64,000 bases of DNA from Candidatus Latescibacterota bacterium (GTDB lineage Bacteria; Latescibacterota; UBA2968; GCA-2709665): NCBI GenBank assembly GCA_963667175.2, contig CAXXXF010000006.1, positions 64,001 to 128,000 of the forward strand, given 5' to 3'. Each line of letters begins with the position of its first letter. Position 1 is the stretch's first letter. The notes under the pieces were generated by a model. It did no database searches. It was not told where the DNA came from and saw only the letters and a program-made list of their open reading frames with translations. Both the position numbers and the translations under genes were made by a program. Positions 10,560 through 20,656 of the stretch are shown here, in pieces.

Positions 10560-10624
10560 CAGGTGCCTTTCTGAAAGCCAAAGGAATCGTGTGGCTCGTC
10601 GCGAATCGGGCGAATTACTGTGTT

Positions 10625-10774
10625 CGCTAATGTTCAAGCATTGTAGACGCTTGCCGTCCCCAAGGGTTGGTGCGACGCTTGCGCATTTCAGCAAGCGGCA
10701 TGACAAAGGCAAGTGTGCCGCAGGCCAAGCGCCGATCGAAGGGAAGCCGCGCTGCTGCCATGCCGTTGTTAGTT
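10625..10774 (-). repeat. attC-like site (left boundary uncertain)
   Basis: Ends in GTTAGTT overlapping the TAA stop of the upstream gene; gcggcatg/catgccgt stem; gccgcaggccaag motif. Confidence 0.6.
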
Positions 10775-11647
10775 GCCGTTGCGATCTTGGGTCAGAAATG
10801 AGTGCACGACCCTGAAATACTCATCAGGCTGATCAACCCAAGTCATATGACCACACCGATTGAGGAAGACGATCTCAGACTGCGGAATCCGGTCCTTAAT
10901 CATATATGCCTGAGTGATTGGCTCGTAGTCTTGATACCCGTACACTACCAGGGTTGGCGCCGTGATCTCTTCGGCCTCAGCAAGCTGCATTTTGCGCTCG
11001 AAGTTCGCAGCGTCTCTCATAATCCGTCGGTATCCACCAGCCTGAAGGTACGTATCAACGAAGCTATCAACGTGCTCTCTTGAATAGAACATCGCGGGAG
11101 CCCACGCCCTGAATAGTGCTTCATCAACATCTCTGGGTACTCCCGATTGACTCTTTCGACCGGCTTCAAAGTCACGTCTTAGTTTTTCAAACTCATCAGC
11201 TGAAACCGGATAGGCCATTCGATCTCGATTGGCTCTATAATATTCACTCATCTCAGCGCTTAGGGGCCCTGGCCCTACCAGAACCAGGTGTGAAAGCCTC
11301 TCGGGATGGCGTTGGGCATATAACAGACCAAGTGCACTGCCCCAGGAGTGACCAAGAAGCGCCATCTTATCCAGTTGCAAATGGTCTCGAAGGACCTCGA
11401 GGTCCTCTACGAAGTTCCAGATGTCCATTGTTTCGTCGTCCAACTCAGGAACAGTTGATTCTCCTGACCCACGTTGGTCGTACAAAACACATCTGTACTT
11501 CTGCGCGAATAGCTGGCCCATTGGCCGGTAAAGCAAATGGTCGACGCTACCGTGAAGGCACACCAAAGTCATACTTTCGCCTACCTCAAACCAGGCCATC
11601 TGATGGCCGTTCGCGCTCAAGACATGTGCCTTCCAATCCGGTCGCAT
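10769..11647 (-). CDS. alpha/beta hydrolase (proline iminopeptidase-like)
   Basis: YDQRGSG, GHSWG, CGH. Confidence 0.85.
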   Translation of the reverse strand: MRPDWKAHVLSANGHQMAWFEVGESMTLVCLHGSVDHLLYRPMGQLFAQKYRCVLYDQRGSGESTVPELDDETMDIWNFVEDLEVLRDHLQLDKMALLGHSWGSALGLLYAQRHPERLSHLVLVGPGPLSAEMSEYYRANRDRMAYPVSADEFEKLRRDFEAGRKSQSGVPRDVDEALFRAWAPAMFYSREHVDSFVDTYLQAGGYRRIMRDAANFERKMQLAEAEEITAPTLVVYGYQDYEPITQAYMIKDRIPQSEIVFLNRCGHMTWVDQPDEYFRVVHSFLTQDRNGN

Positions 11648-11743
11648 GATCCGTCCTTTGCGGCGAGTTACGGGAGGGTTTCCCTCGCTTCCTCCACCCC
11701 GTTCAGGGGGTAACATAAAGGGCACAATATAGCCAGTGTTTAT

Positions 11744-13002
11744 TTAGGACGTGGCTCTTGAAGTCTCCGAGACCTCATTTTTTCCAATCGTGCCTATCGA
11801 ACCAAGCATCGCGCCGATCATCACCAGAAGGGCGCCTACCAGACTGAGGCTGTTGAGTCCTTCTGGATTTAGGATGTCCGGAAGCATCGGGGCGAAAAAG
11901 GCCATACCTGCTACTGTGATAAGGGGCGTCGTGGCAAGGACAACGCCGACTCTAGATGCCTCGATGTGGTCAAGTGCTTCTGCAAAACTCAGATAGGATA
12001 TGAGTGTGATCAAGGCGCAAAGAGTAAGCAACGCAGATTGGAACCGATTCAATTGGAACAACTCAGTGGGGTGGGAAAATGGTAAAAAGATCAGTGAGCC
12101 TGCCAGATAGACGAGAAACATAATTGATTGCGAGGGAATAGACTTCAGCAATTGCTTCTGACATAAGGCGTATACGGCCCAGGATGCTGCGGCAGCAATC
12201 GTGATCAGAATCCCGGGTAACAGTGAACCAGCACCAGAGAGGATTTCTGAATACCGCTGATTAAAAAACAAAATCAATCCGATAATCAATGTGATGAGTC
12301 CAAGACCTTGTAACTTGCTGAATGATTCCCGAAAGATGGCAAGACTGCCTATCAACAAGAACATGGGCGCTACTTGAATGACGACCTGAACCGTGCTGGG
12401 TGAAACATACTCCAATCCCCATAGGTAGAGCGCAAAGTTTCCACACAATCCTGAAACTGCAAGAAACAAAAATAGAAGCTTGAAACCTCGGAGTCTAAAA
12501 GCTTGAGATAGCCCATTTTTGCAGGCAACGACTATTGCCAATAATATTGTAGCTACGCCGAAGCGAAACCATGTAATCGTAATCACATCCAGACTGCTCA
12601 ACAAGCCCTTCAGGACAATGGGCAATACTCCGAATCACACCTGTCCAAAATCGGTTTCAGTCTTGGACAGCATCTGGTTCACTTCCGCGAAGCAATCCCT
12701 CGACCAAGATTGCCTGAGATTCACAAAGTGCTTATTTCACGGGCTTATTGAGACGGAAACAGCACAATTATGGCCGCTGGAAACGTCACCTTGTTCTTGG
12801 ACAGCATTGCGCAGACGATGGCAAACCTGGTTTTCATTATCCGGGTCAAACCCGTCCAAAATCGCCTATTGTAGCCATTTTTCGAACCTTATCTCTGGGA
12901 ATCCGACGGTTCTTGGACAGCAGTGACTCCGAATAGAAGTGCTGTCAAGATGGACAGCATTAATCCAACTTGCCAGTGACCGGTAGGTGTATGGATATTC
13001 AT
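11744..13002 (-). pseudogene. EamA/DMT transporter (YhbE-like) interrupted by a MITE
   Basis: Removing 12636-12925 and one TSD copy restores MNIHTPTGHWQVGLMLSILTALLFGVLPIVLKG..., a hydrophobic multi-TM protein. Confidence 0.85.
12636..12925. mobile_element. 290-bp MITE, copy 1
   Basis: Ends CACACCTGTCCAA / TTGGACAGCAGTG; 9-bp TSD ACTCCGAAT; same sequence as 53960-54249. Confidence 0.95.
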
Positions 13003-13044
13003 TCAACGGTTCTGATTTGGGGTCATTGAGTTCTGTGCCCTATT

Positions 13045-13174
13045 TGCCAACGAGGGGTGGTTGGGTTCGTGCGCTACATTCCTGCATCGTCGTCACGGAT
13101 TTCGAGCTCGCAAAGAGAGTCACCGAAGGCCAAGGCGTCGTAGCAACCAGCCTTGGCTTCCATCTACGTTATTG
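13045..13174 (-). repeat. attC-like site (degenerate)
   Basis: TGCCAAC...cgaaggccaaggcg...GTTATTG at the end of the upstream gene. Confidence 0.5.
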
Positions 13175-13670
13175 TTCCCTGAATCCGAATTGTACCTTCC
13201 AACAGAATCTCCGCGTGCTCGTCCTTCCGCTCGGTCTGCCAGTATCTTCGCGCCCTCTCAAACATCGATGCAAGGGTTTCAGACTCTTCGAAGTAACTTA
13301 TCAGATTCATGTCCGCAGCGAACGCGCGCGAACAATTAAGAATCTCGACATCATATAGTTCGCACGCTTCCCTGTGGGAGTCGAATCGTCTGGCAGCACT
13401 CGCTTCCGGCCAGAGAAAGAGGCAGTCAAACCGACTTGGCCTCTGGGGAAATTCCCGTAGACGAACAGTCTCCCACGCGAGTTCCATCATCACACGACCT
13501 GTCTCGGCGGCATTTGGAACCGTTATCGCAAGGGAGTCCGTTTGGAGTTCGATAAGGATCTGACGCATCAAATGGGTCTGAAAGTCTCCAGGTCTTACAA
13601 CGGCTCCGGAGCGAAGGCCGGATTTCGCCGACCAAAACAGGTGAGTTCCTTGACCAATATCACGAGACAT
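13164..13670 (-). CDS. DUF2441-like protein
   Basis: ELAWETVRLREFPQRPSRFDCLFLW and ARRYW...EILLEG resemble DUF2441. Confidence 0.65.
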   Translation of the reverse strand: MSRDIGQGTHLFWSAKSGLRSGAVVRPGDFQTHLMRQILIELQTDSLAITVPNAAETGRVMMELAWETVRLREFPQRPSRFDCLFLWPEASAARRFDSHREACELYDVEILNCSRAFAADMNLISYFEESETLASMFERARRYWQTERKDEHAEILLEGTIRIQGTIT

Positions 13671-13766
13671 TGATCAGGACTTCGCCCACTCGACAACAGT
13701 TTGCAGGTTGTTTTTTTGGCTCGTCACGGGTTTGTCTTGCTCCAAAACAGGACAGACGGCCCTTGC

Positions 13767-13847
13767 GTGAAACGTCCCGGTCACTTGCGAACTTGCCCGC
13801 ACGCAGTTACGTTTCCCCTTACAGCGGGAAGTCCGCATCGTTTATGT
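13767..13847 (-). repeat. attC-like site
   Basis: GTGAAAC-gtcccggtcacttgcgaac...gcgggaagtccgca; similar to 28639 and 31570; abuts the stop at 13842. Confidence 0.6.
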
Positions 13848-14654
13848 TCGATACTGCAAAAGCAGCTCTTCACACAATTCATCCTTCTCGGCGGGTCGAT
13901 GTTTGCGTGCAACGCCCCAGAAGTGTTTAACCATCTTAGAGGATAGAATAAAGTCCAACCCATGGGTCTTCATGACTTGAGTCGCCAGTCCCAGCGTGTT
14001 GTAGACTTTTCCATCTCCGCTTTCCTCAAAGTCGACACATGAGAACCCGATTTCACGAGCCGTCAGCAGGAAAACTTCCGTGTTCCTGATCAGACAGCAC
14101 GATGGATGCATACGGTCACCCAGGACGGCGGGCATGGGAAGGTGCTCAAGTGCTTTTCCTGGCCGGACGTCTTCAACATCGTCCTCCATCATGATATTGA
14201 TGAACTTTTCCGCCCCTCCTTCGTCAAGAGAACCCCACGGCACCTCAGTTTCCCCGTCTTCGGTGAATCTTGCCTGAATAGCCCAAACGTCGTTTGCGGC
14301 GCCGGCCAACTCGCTTGCCATCGTTGTCACGGTCTCATCCTGGACAAAGACAATATCCGCGTCCAAAAAGAGGAAATAATCGCAGTCCTGATGCGAAAGA
14401 ACAAAGTCACGGAGATTCTCGCCGTGATTGTTGCCGGGGGTGTCGCGGTCCCACTTTGTTTGCACGATTGGGACCTTCATGTCCTTAGCGAGAGACGTCA
14501 GATGCCGCATCTCATCGATTGAATTGTTGTCAAGAATCGTCAGGCGGATCCCCTCAAGATCGCTGTGTGTCGCATACAGCGATCTCAGCAAGAGCTCAAC
14601 AAAACAGGATGTGTCCTGGTTGATGGTGACTGCCTCGATTTGGCGTGTAGACAT
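13842..14654 (-). CDS. GT2-family glycosyltransferase
   Basis: ILDNNSID; FLFLDAD (DxD). Confidence 0.75.
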   Translation of the reverse strand: MSTRQIEAVTINQDTSCFVELLLRSLYATHSDLEGIRLTILDNNSIDEMRHLTSLAKDMKVPIVQTKWDRDTPGNNHGENLRDFVLSHQDCDYFLFLDADIVFVQDETVTTMASELAGAANDVWAIQARFTEDGETEVPWGSLDEGGAEKFINIMMEDDVEDVRPGKALEHLPMPAVLGDRMHPSCCLIRNTEVFLLTAREIGFSCVDFEESGDGKVYNTLGLATQVMKTHGLDFILSSKMVKHFWGVARKHRPAEKDELCEELLLQYRT

Positions 14655-14902
14655 ATGATGTGTCCAGTCTGAGCCGGGCACGGACGTGTTCCAGGAAGTG
14701 CCAGACCTGTTCCCTTACCGCAGCAATCTCAATTCCGCGCACATCCTCATCCGATCTCAAGGAAGGTTTTGACAGGGATCTCTGCGAAGCGTCGGGCGGC
14801 CTCTTCCAGAACGTCCACCTCCCGCGGAATAACACGGAAAGAGAACGAGATCTCGTAAACCTCGGGGAGTTGGTAGATGCTGTTCAAGGTTCTGCCCCAG
14901 CA

Positions 14903-15553
14903 CTAAGTCTGCATCAGTTCATGGATCAGCGGCGGGACCTGGCGGATATCGGTCAGTTGCCGGAATGCGCCGGTGAAGTCCAGGCCGCGCGTCAGCCCCT
15001 GCGGTATGACGATGCAGCGCAGCCCTGCCGCCAGTGCGGCGCGCAGCCCGCGGTCCGAGTCTTCGACTACGACGCACTCGGCGGCGCTGAGGCCGTTTTG
15101 CCGCATGGCCGTGAGGTAGGGCTCGGGATCGGGCTTGGAATTCCGGTATTCTTCGCGCACGAGCGTAAAATCGATGCAGTCCAGCAGGCCGGTGCCGGCG
15201 TGGATGATCTCAAAGTGCTCCCGCCGCGAACTGGTGACGATGCCCATGCGCACCGTGCCGTGGAGTTCGCGCAGCACCTGGCGGGCGCCGTCGATGACGG
15301 GTACGCCGGCGCGCAAGAGTTCGGTGTAGCGGGCGTTTCGCCTGATGCGGGCAGGTTCCAGCGCCTGTTCGTCTATGCCGTGTTCGGCGCCGACCGTGTT
15401 AAAGCCGCCGCTGGCCTTGAGGAAGAACTCGATGAAACGGGCTTCGCTCAGGCGCACGCCGAGGGGTTCCAGGGTTTCGCGGCAGGCCTGGTAGTACAGG
15501 CCTTCGGTGTCGACCAGGACGCCGTCGTTGTCCCAGAGAATGGCTTTCAGCAT
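14903..15553 (-). CDS. HAD-family phosphatase
   Basis: WDNDGVLVD, SKPDPEPY, VVEDS. Confidence 0.9.
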   Translation of the reverse strand: MLKAILWDNDGVLVDTEGLYYQACRETLEPLGVRLSEARFIEFFLKASGGFNTVGAEHGIDEQALEPARIRRNARYTELLRAGVPVIDGARQVLRELHGTVRMGIVTSSRREHFEIIHAGTGLLDCIDFTLVREEYRNSKPDPEPYLTAMRQNGLSAAECVVVEDSDRGLRAALAAGLRCIVIPQGLTRGLDFTGAFRQLTDIRQVPPLIHELMQT

Positions 15554-15645
15554 AGCGCCTTATATCCTTTCCACTGCGCGGAAGTCGAAGCAGGCCATCG
15601 TTCGCGCCCGCGGCAAACCCTTCCGCAACGAGTCGAAGATCCTGC

Positions 15646-16959
15646 TCATATCCGGCCCTCTTCGGGTACCTCGCGCCCGCCGTCCCAGAAGCCTGGCTTG
15701 TCGGTCGCCGACGGCCAGTACCCTTCGGCGTCTTCATCCCACTGGTTTCCGCACATCGACGAGATGACGGTCCATTCCGCGGCCCCGAAATCCGGCTCGG
15801 GATGGTACAGGAAGCGCTTCAACCCCGCCTCCCGCGAAGCATTCAGGATGCCGTAGAGATCGCGCGCCTGCATCGGGTCGCCGCCGTGGGGACGGCGCCC
15901 GGTGGACACCCAGGCGATCACCTTGTCGGGATCACCTACGGCCGCCAGGGCCCGCCGGGTCTCGTTGTAGACCACCCTGGAGAAGAATTCGTCGGGGAAA
16001 CCCATCTCCATGTCCATCAGCGAGTTGACGCCGGGCAGCTCGATGCCCAACAGCGCCTTCACGACGGCGAAACACTCCGCCTCGCTCAGGGACGGGTTCC
16101 ACTTTCGCAACCGTCTTACCCAGCGGGATATGGTTCCGTACATGCCGTCCATGCCGCGGTGCCAATAATAGTGTTTCGGAAAGATATAGTCGAAGTACTC
16201 CGCCATCTGACAGTAATTCTGTCCGGTGAGCGATGACCACGCCGGGGCCCGCGGGATACCGCCCAGCTCCACCTTGCGATCGACGGCGTCGACCTGTTGC
16301 CGCATGTACTGCCAGTCGAAGCGAGAGCGCTCCTGCCGCTTGCGCAGCCAGTAGAGCACGTCCTCGTTGACGTCGAACAGGAGCATTGCCCCCAGCATCC
16401 CCCCGTCGGCGTGGTACCGCACCATATCCGGCGTCAGATTGTGCAGACGCTCCCGAAAGTGGGTGATGCCGCGCTGGATTCGATCCATCTCGGCGCCGAC
16501 CTGGGCGAAGCGGGCCTCCTCGCCCGGACGGATCTCCAGGAGCTCGCCCCCATGGTGGAATGCCAACTCGTAGTGGTTTTCGCCCGGACCGTCGACAATG
16601 ACGCCGTGCACCTGCGGAAAGGCGTTCATCTGGTCCTGCACGTGGGCGGTCGGGCCGCCTCCGGCGAATATCAGTATTCGCCAGCCTCGTTCCGCGGCGT
16701 TGTCCAGCATTGCGTGCAGCTTCTTCTCTTTTGAGACGTCGCGCGGACGTTGCTCCGGGACTTCCGCCCCCAGGGCCTCGTACACCTTCGGGTCGGGCGC
16801 CCACGCCGGAATGGTGGTTCCACCGTCCTGGAGGAACGTCATGCGGCCGACGGCCAGACCGCGCACGCCGCCATCCTCCCAGGCGTCGAACCGCTCCTCG
16901 AACCCTTCGAGCCAGTGTTCGAACGGGCTGTCACTGCAGGTGAATACCCAGAGTTTCAT
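15646..16959 (-). CDS. hypothetical protein (possible TIM-barrel enzyme)
   Basis: 437-aa ORF with RBS AAGGAGG and strong high-GC codon bias; family not recognised. Confidence 0.75.
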   Translation of the reverse strand: MKLWVFTCSDSPFEHWLEGFEERFDAWEDGGVRGLAVGRMTFLQDGGTTIPAWAPDPKVYEALGAEVPEQRPRDVSKEKKLHAMLDNAAERGWRILIFAGGGPTAHVQDQMNAFPQVHGVIVDGPGENHYELAFHHGGELLEIRPGEEARFAQVGAEMDRIQRGITHFRERLHNLTPDMVRYHADGGMLGAMLLFDVNEDVLYWLRKRQERSRFDWQYMRQQVDAVDRKVELGGIPRAPAWSSLTGQNYCQMAEYFDYIFPKHYYWHRGMDGMYGTISRWVRRLRKWNPSLSEAECFAVVKALLGIELPGVNSLMDMEMGFPDEFFSRVVYNETRRALAAVGDPDKVIAWVSTGRRPHGGDPMQARDLYGILNASREAGLKRFLYHPEPDFGAAEWTVISSMCGNQWDEDAEGYWPSATDKPGFWDGGREVPEEGRI

Positions 16960-17118
16960 TATTCCCTCCTTTGGGGTGGCAGGGACGATTCACGTTCACG
17001 TTCCCGCCGTGCGCGAATCGCGAATGCGCGAAGGCGCGGCAGTACGCAAGCCGGGCACGGGCGTGTCATATGATTTGCCAGCCTCGGATTCTGTGGGGCC
17101 TCTCAGGCACCGGGAGAT

Positions 17119-17907
17119 TTAAACTCTGGTCTCCACGAGTGCTCCTACATCGTCGTCGCCGAACAGCCATCCAGTGTCATCGTTTCCAAAGCGCTCGTTG
17201 ATCTCGTGCGCGTTGGGAAGCAATGCGTAGGTTTCCGGCGTATTTATCTTCGACCTGCGAGGGTCAAGGTGGAGGGCAAGCTTGTCAACATCAGGCGACT
17301 CAAGCCCCAGAAAGTTGAAGATACCTTTGGCAACGACGCGACTCTTCTTGATGTCTTCAGTGTAAAGCTCCTCATAGAACACCTTCAAGGTACTGCCTCG
17401 CGGGCGCTGCTCTATCACGTTACTGTAATAGTCTCTGAGTTCCGTCGCGTATTCGAGACCGTCCGCGATCTTCTTCAAGGAGACTGGCTTCAGATTCCGG
17501 TAGATTCGCCTGGTTTCCTCATTCAAGTCCGACATCTGCCAGACTTTCGTTTGTTCGGCGATGCATCCGGAGACTTCGGCTCGCAGCAAATTAGCCCTTT
17601 GCAGGAAGAGGACTGTGGCGTCAGCAGAAAGCAACAGATGGGTGTATAACTCTTTTGGAAGTTGGTAGCTGAGGATCTTTATCCCGTTGTACCTGGCGAA
17701 GAGATCGTCAAGGGCTTTCTCAAGCGACGGAACGTCCTCAATGAAATCCACGTAGTTCGTCTCACCCGGGTTTTCCCTCGCATATCCATGCCAAAAGGGC
17801 TCGAGAGCGAAATTCAATCGAGGATGTGTCTGAAGAACACGATACAGCGTCGTACTTCCGCTTCGGCCGTGCGCAAAGAGAACAGTTCGTGTGGGAGGAC
17901 TTTCCAT
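17119..17907 (-). CDS. sulfotransferase (Stf0-like)
   Basis: HGRSGSTTL PAPS loop; LQRANLLR; FYEEL. Confidence 0.75.
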   Translation of the reverse strand: MESPPTRTVLFAHGRSGSTTLYRVLQTHPRLNFALEPFWHGYARENPGETNYVDFIEDVPSLEKALDDLFARYNGIKILSYQLPKELYTHLLLSADATVLFLQRANLLRAEVSGCIAEQTKVWQMSDLNEETRRIYRNLKPVSLKKIADGLEYATELRDYYSNVIEQRPRGSTLKVFYEELYTEDIKKSRVVAKGIFNFLGLESPDVDKLALHLDPRRSKINTPETYALLPNAHEINERFGNDDTGWLFGDDDVGALVETRV

Positions 17908-17924
17908 CAAAGTCTCTGCCTGGT

Positions 17925-20060
17925 TCAGTCTCCGGCCTCTGTCCACTGGTACACGTGGACCTCCAGTGGCAGGAACAGATCGATGAACTCACGAGACTCG
18001 CTCTGCGCCATGCGATCCTCGAACAGCACCCTGGGCTGAACCGGTCTGTCGAACCGCCACGTGCCCAGGACCAGGGCCGGTTCCACGTTGACCGCGATCA
18101 GGGTGTGGACCCCGTTGTGCAGCCGCTCGATGAAGTGAATGGCGTCGCCCTCCTGCTCGAGCTTCACGGACCGTACCCGGGCGCCCGCCGCCAGTGTCGG
18201 GGCCAGGTGTCGCACCTCGCTGGCGACCTTGAGCACCTCGGTCCATTGCCGCGGATAGATGGCCACGTCGTCGGTGTACTCCGTGCCGGGGATCTCGCCC
18301 CCGGGCGCATAGAACAGCAGCCCTTTGACACCCCTCGTCAGGGCGAGGTAGTTCATGGACCGGATCTCCTCGCGACTGGGCCGGAAACCCCCTTCGAGGG
18401 TTACGACCTCGCCGCGCTTGCTGTCGAGACGATAGTCGAAGGCCTGGGAGATGAACCACACATGCTTGCCCTTGCCCTCCACCCGCGCTGCCTCGAAGGC
18501 ATCGTCGAGGACCGGCTCGTAGATCGAGGTGATCGAGTCGTCGGGTAGCAGCGGGTTCAGGATGGGGTAGCCGTAAACGAAGTAGGCATCGCTGAGTCTC
18601 CCACCCCAGGTGAGCATGAAGATGACCGGGTGGTCCCTGTCGTACCGCCGGATGAGCTCGTAGGTCTCGGTCGCCAGGGGAGACTGGCTGTCGCTGGCGT
18701 ACTCGTTCCACCATCCCAGCGTGGCCGGGTGGTCCTTCGCCTGCTCCACCACCTCCGTGAGCCGCCCGGGCTCGCCTCTGCCAAGGGCCAGCGAGGCATA
18801 GTACACGTGCACCAGCCCCTTCATCCCGAGATCCAGCAGATCGTCCAGCATCTCCCCGGCGCCTTCGCCGATCAGCTTGTAGTTGATCCCGGCCTCGGCC
18901 GCCTGGGCGATGTAGGGCATCCTGCTCGTGGGAGAGACGTTCGACGAGTAGATTCCCACCGGAAAAAAGGGCTCGCCGTTGACGCGAAACACGTCCCCGT
19001 CGAAACGCGACTTCAATGGCGCCGGCTCGTTGACGCCGAAGCGCCAGCGCAGGCGATTGCCGGCGTTGCCGGCGCGGTCGGTGACGACCACCTCCACCTG
19101 GTGGATGCCGTCCTCCAGGGCTCCCGTCTCCGAGAAGGTGAATCCGCCCTCCGCTACGGCGGCGCCGGCGGTGACGTCCTCGCCGTCCAGCAGGACCCGC
19201 GCGGAGGCGACCTCGATGCCCGAGCCCTCGTCATGGAAGACGGCCGAGATGACCGGCGAACCGTCGACCCTCGCGTCGGGCGCGGGGCTGGGGAGCACGA
19301 GCGCCGGCGGGCTGGTGTCCCTCTTCACCACCGGCGTGGTCTGCGCCATCAGGCGATCCCGCATCGATATCCTCAGTTCCTTTTCCGCCTCGTATTGAGC
19401 GGCGATCTCCCGGTCGGACAGGGCGCGGTTGTACACCCGGACGTCGTCGATCTGACCCGTGAAGTGGCCGCCCAGGCCGGAGCCGTAAAAGCTGGCCCCG
19501 ATATACATCGGCGCCTCCAGGGCGCCGGTCACGAAGGGCTCATCGTACCGCCCTCTCAGGCCGCCGTTCACGTAGACCCTGATCCCGTCGCCGTCGTACG
19601 TGCCGGCCAGGTGAAACCAACTGTCCTGTTTGACGCCTCCGCCGGCGGCGCTCTTGCCGTGCTCTGGACACTCCACCAGGGAGAACCGGACCGCGTTCCG
19701 GCCGAGGCTGAGCCGGTAGTTCTGGCGCAGCGTGCTGCAACCGTTCTTCGACAGTACGGTCTGCCCGGATATGACGGGCGTGTTCACCCAGCAGGTCACC
19801 GTGACCGCATCGGAGAGTCTCAGCATCTCCGAGTCCGGGATCTCCACGTAGTCATCCACCCCGTCGAAGCGGAGGGCGTAGCCCTGATCCAGTGCCACGT
19901 ACTCGGCCCCGTGAATGGCGCCCTGGAGGCCGTGGCCCGAGGCATCGCCGGCCACGGAGCCGGCCCCCTCATCGAACATGTAGTGCGCCACGAGGCCATC
20001 CTCCCCCGCCGCGGCGCCGACGGCGAGGGAGAGGAGGATCAACCCTATCTTCGTTCCCAT
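17925..20060 (-). CDS. secreted LamG + Ig-like + glycoside-hydrolase-like protein
   Basis: Signal peptide; GLVAHYMFDEG...FTGQIDDVRVYNRALS LamG; VNGEPFFPVGIY; HPATLGWWNE. Confidence 0.8.
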   Translation of the reverse strand: MGTKIGLILLSLAVGAAAGEDGLVAHYMFDEGAGSVAGDASGHGLQGAIHGAEYVALDQGYALRFDGVDDYVEIPDSEMLRLSDAVTVTCWVNTPVISGQTVLSKNGCSTLRQNYRLSLGRNAVRFSLVECPEHGKSAAGGGVKQDSWFHLAGTYDGDGIRVYVNGGLRGRYDEPFVTGALEAPMYIGASFYGSGLGGHFTGQIDDVRVYNRALSDREIAAQYEAEKELRISMRDRLMAQTTPVVKRDTSPPALVLPSPAPDARVDGSPVISAVFHDEGSGIEVASARVLLDGEDVTAGAAVAEGGFTFSETGALEDGIHQVEVVVTDRAGNAGNRLRWRFGVNEPAPLKSRFDGDVFRVNGEPFFPVGIYSSNVSPTSRMPYIAQAAEAGINYKLIGEGAGEMLDDLLDLGMKGLVHVYYASLALGRGEPGRLTEVVEQAKDHPATLGWWNEYASDSQSPLATETYELIRRYDRDHPVIFMLTWGGRLSDAYFVYGYPILNPLLPDDSITSIYEPVLDDAFEAARVEGKGKHVWFISQAFDYRLDSKRGEVVTLEGGFRPSREEIRSMNYLALTRGVKGLLFYAPGGEIPGTEYTDDVAIYPRQWTEVLKVASEVRHLAPTLAAGARVRSVKLEQEGDAIHFIERLHNGVHTLIAVNVEPALVLGTWRFDRPVQPRVLFEDRMAQSESREFIDLFLPLEVHVYQWTEAGD

Positions 20061-20213
20061 ATTGACACTCGCATCTCCGAAAGGTCTGACTTGCGTTCCG
20101 CGATGGTATTTACAACCCTACATCCACACGTAAGGATCGTTCGACGGTGCCGAGCAGCGCCACAGGCAGGCGCGTGACAACTCCAAACCGGCAGCCATCT
20201 CAATTCGGCATTC

Positions 20214-20307
20214 GCCTGACGTTTCGCCGGTTTGCGAACCCCGGGAGAGGGTTGCCCGAAGGGTCAAGGCGCGAACAGCGCCGCAGCGCAACGCCGCGCT
20301 GTTACAA
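20214..20307 (-). repeat. attC site of the higBA cassette
   Basis: GCCTGAC...GTTACAA; matches the cassette start TCGTAAC (21008) at 6/7. Confidence 0.85.
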
Positions 20308-20327
20308 GATGAGGAGGGAATTCCACC

Positions 20328-20356
20328 TTGACAAGTGTCACGTTACACCTTACACT
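20328..20356 (+). promoter_or_regulatory. sigma70 promoter of higBA with palindromic operator
   Basis: TTGACA-17 bp-TACACT; GTGTcACGTtACAC in the spacer; GTG start at 20363 suggests a leaderless mRNA. Confidence 0.8.
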
Positions 20357-20362
20357 TTGTCG

Positions 20363-20644
20363 GTGATTAAGACATTTGCAGACAAGGAAACCCAACGCAT
20401 TTACCGCACCGGCGAATCCAGGAGGTTGCCCGTCGACCTGGTGCGAAGAGCAATCCGCCGCCTAGATTACATCGACCTCGCCAACACGTTGAATGATCTG
20501 AGAGTTCCATCTGGCAACCGCCTGCACCGGTTGAAGAAAGACCGCGAGGGACAACACGCCATCGCCATCAACGAACAATGGCGCGTCTGTTTTCGGTTTG
20601 TCGACGGGGACGCTTACGACGTAGAAATCACGGACTATCACTGA
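20363..20644 (+). CDS. higB: HigB (RelE/ParE family) toxin
   Basis: IKTFADKET...LRVPSGNRLHRLK...HAIAINEQWRVCFRF...VEITDYH. Confidence 0.92.
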   Translation: MIKTFADKETQRIYRTGESRRLPVDLVRRAIRRLDYIDLANTLNDLRVPSGNRLHRLKKDREGQHAIAINEQWRVCFRFVDGDAYDVEITDYH

Positions 20645-20656
20645 AAGGAGCATCCC

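Noticed and set aside
12519-12936. Duplicated ORFs 12519-12926 / 53927-54316 and 12748-12936 / 54072-54260
   Set aside because: They are chance frames through the 290-bp MITE with no transposase motifs.
18630-20177. Long plus-strand ORFs (e.g. 18630-20177, 7105-8106, 14660-15856, 34547-35659) and minus-strand 59958-61280
   Set aside because: These are antisense shadows of GC-rich genes with recognisable motifs on the other strand.
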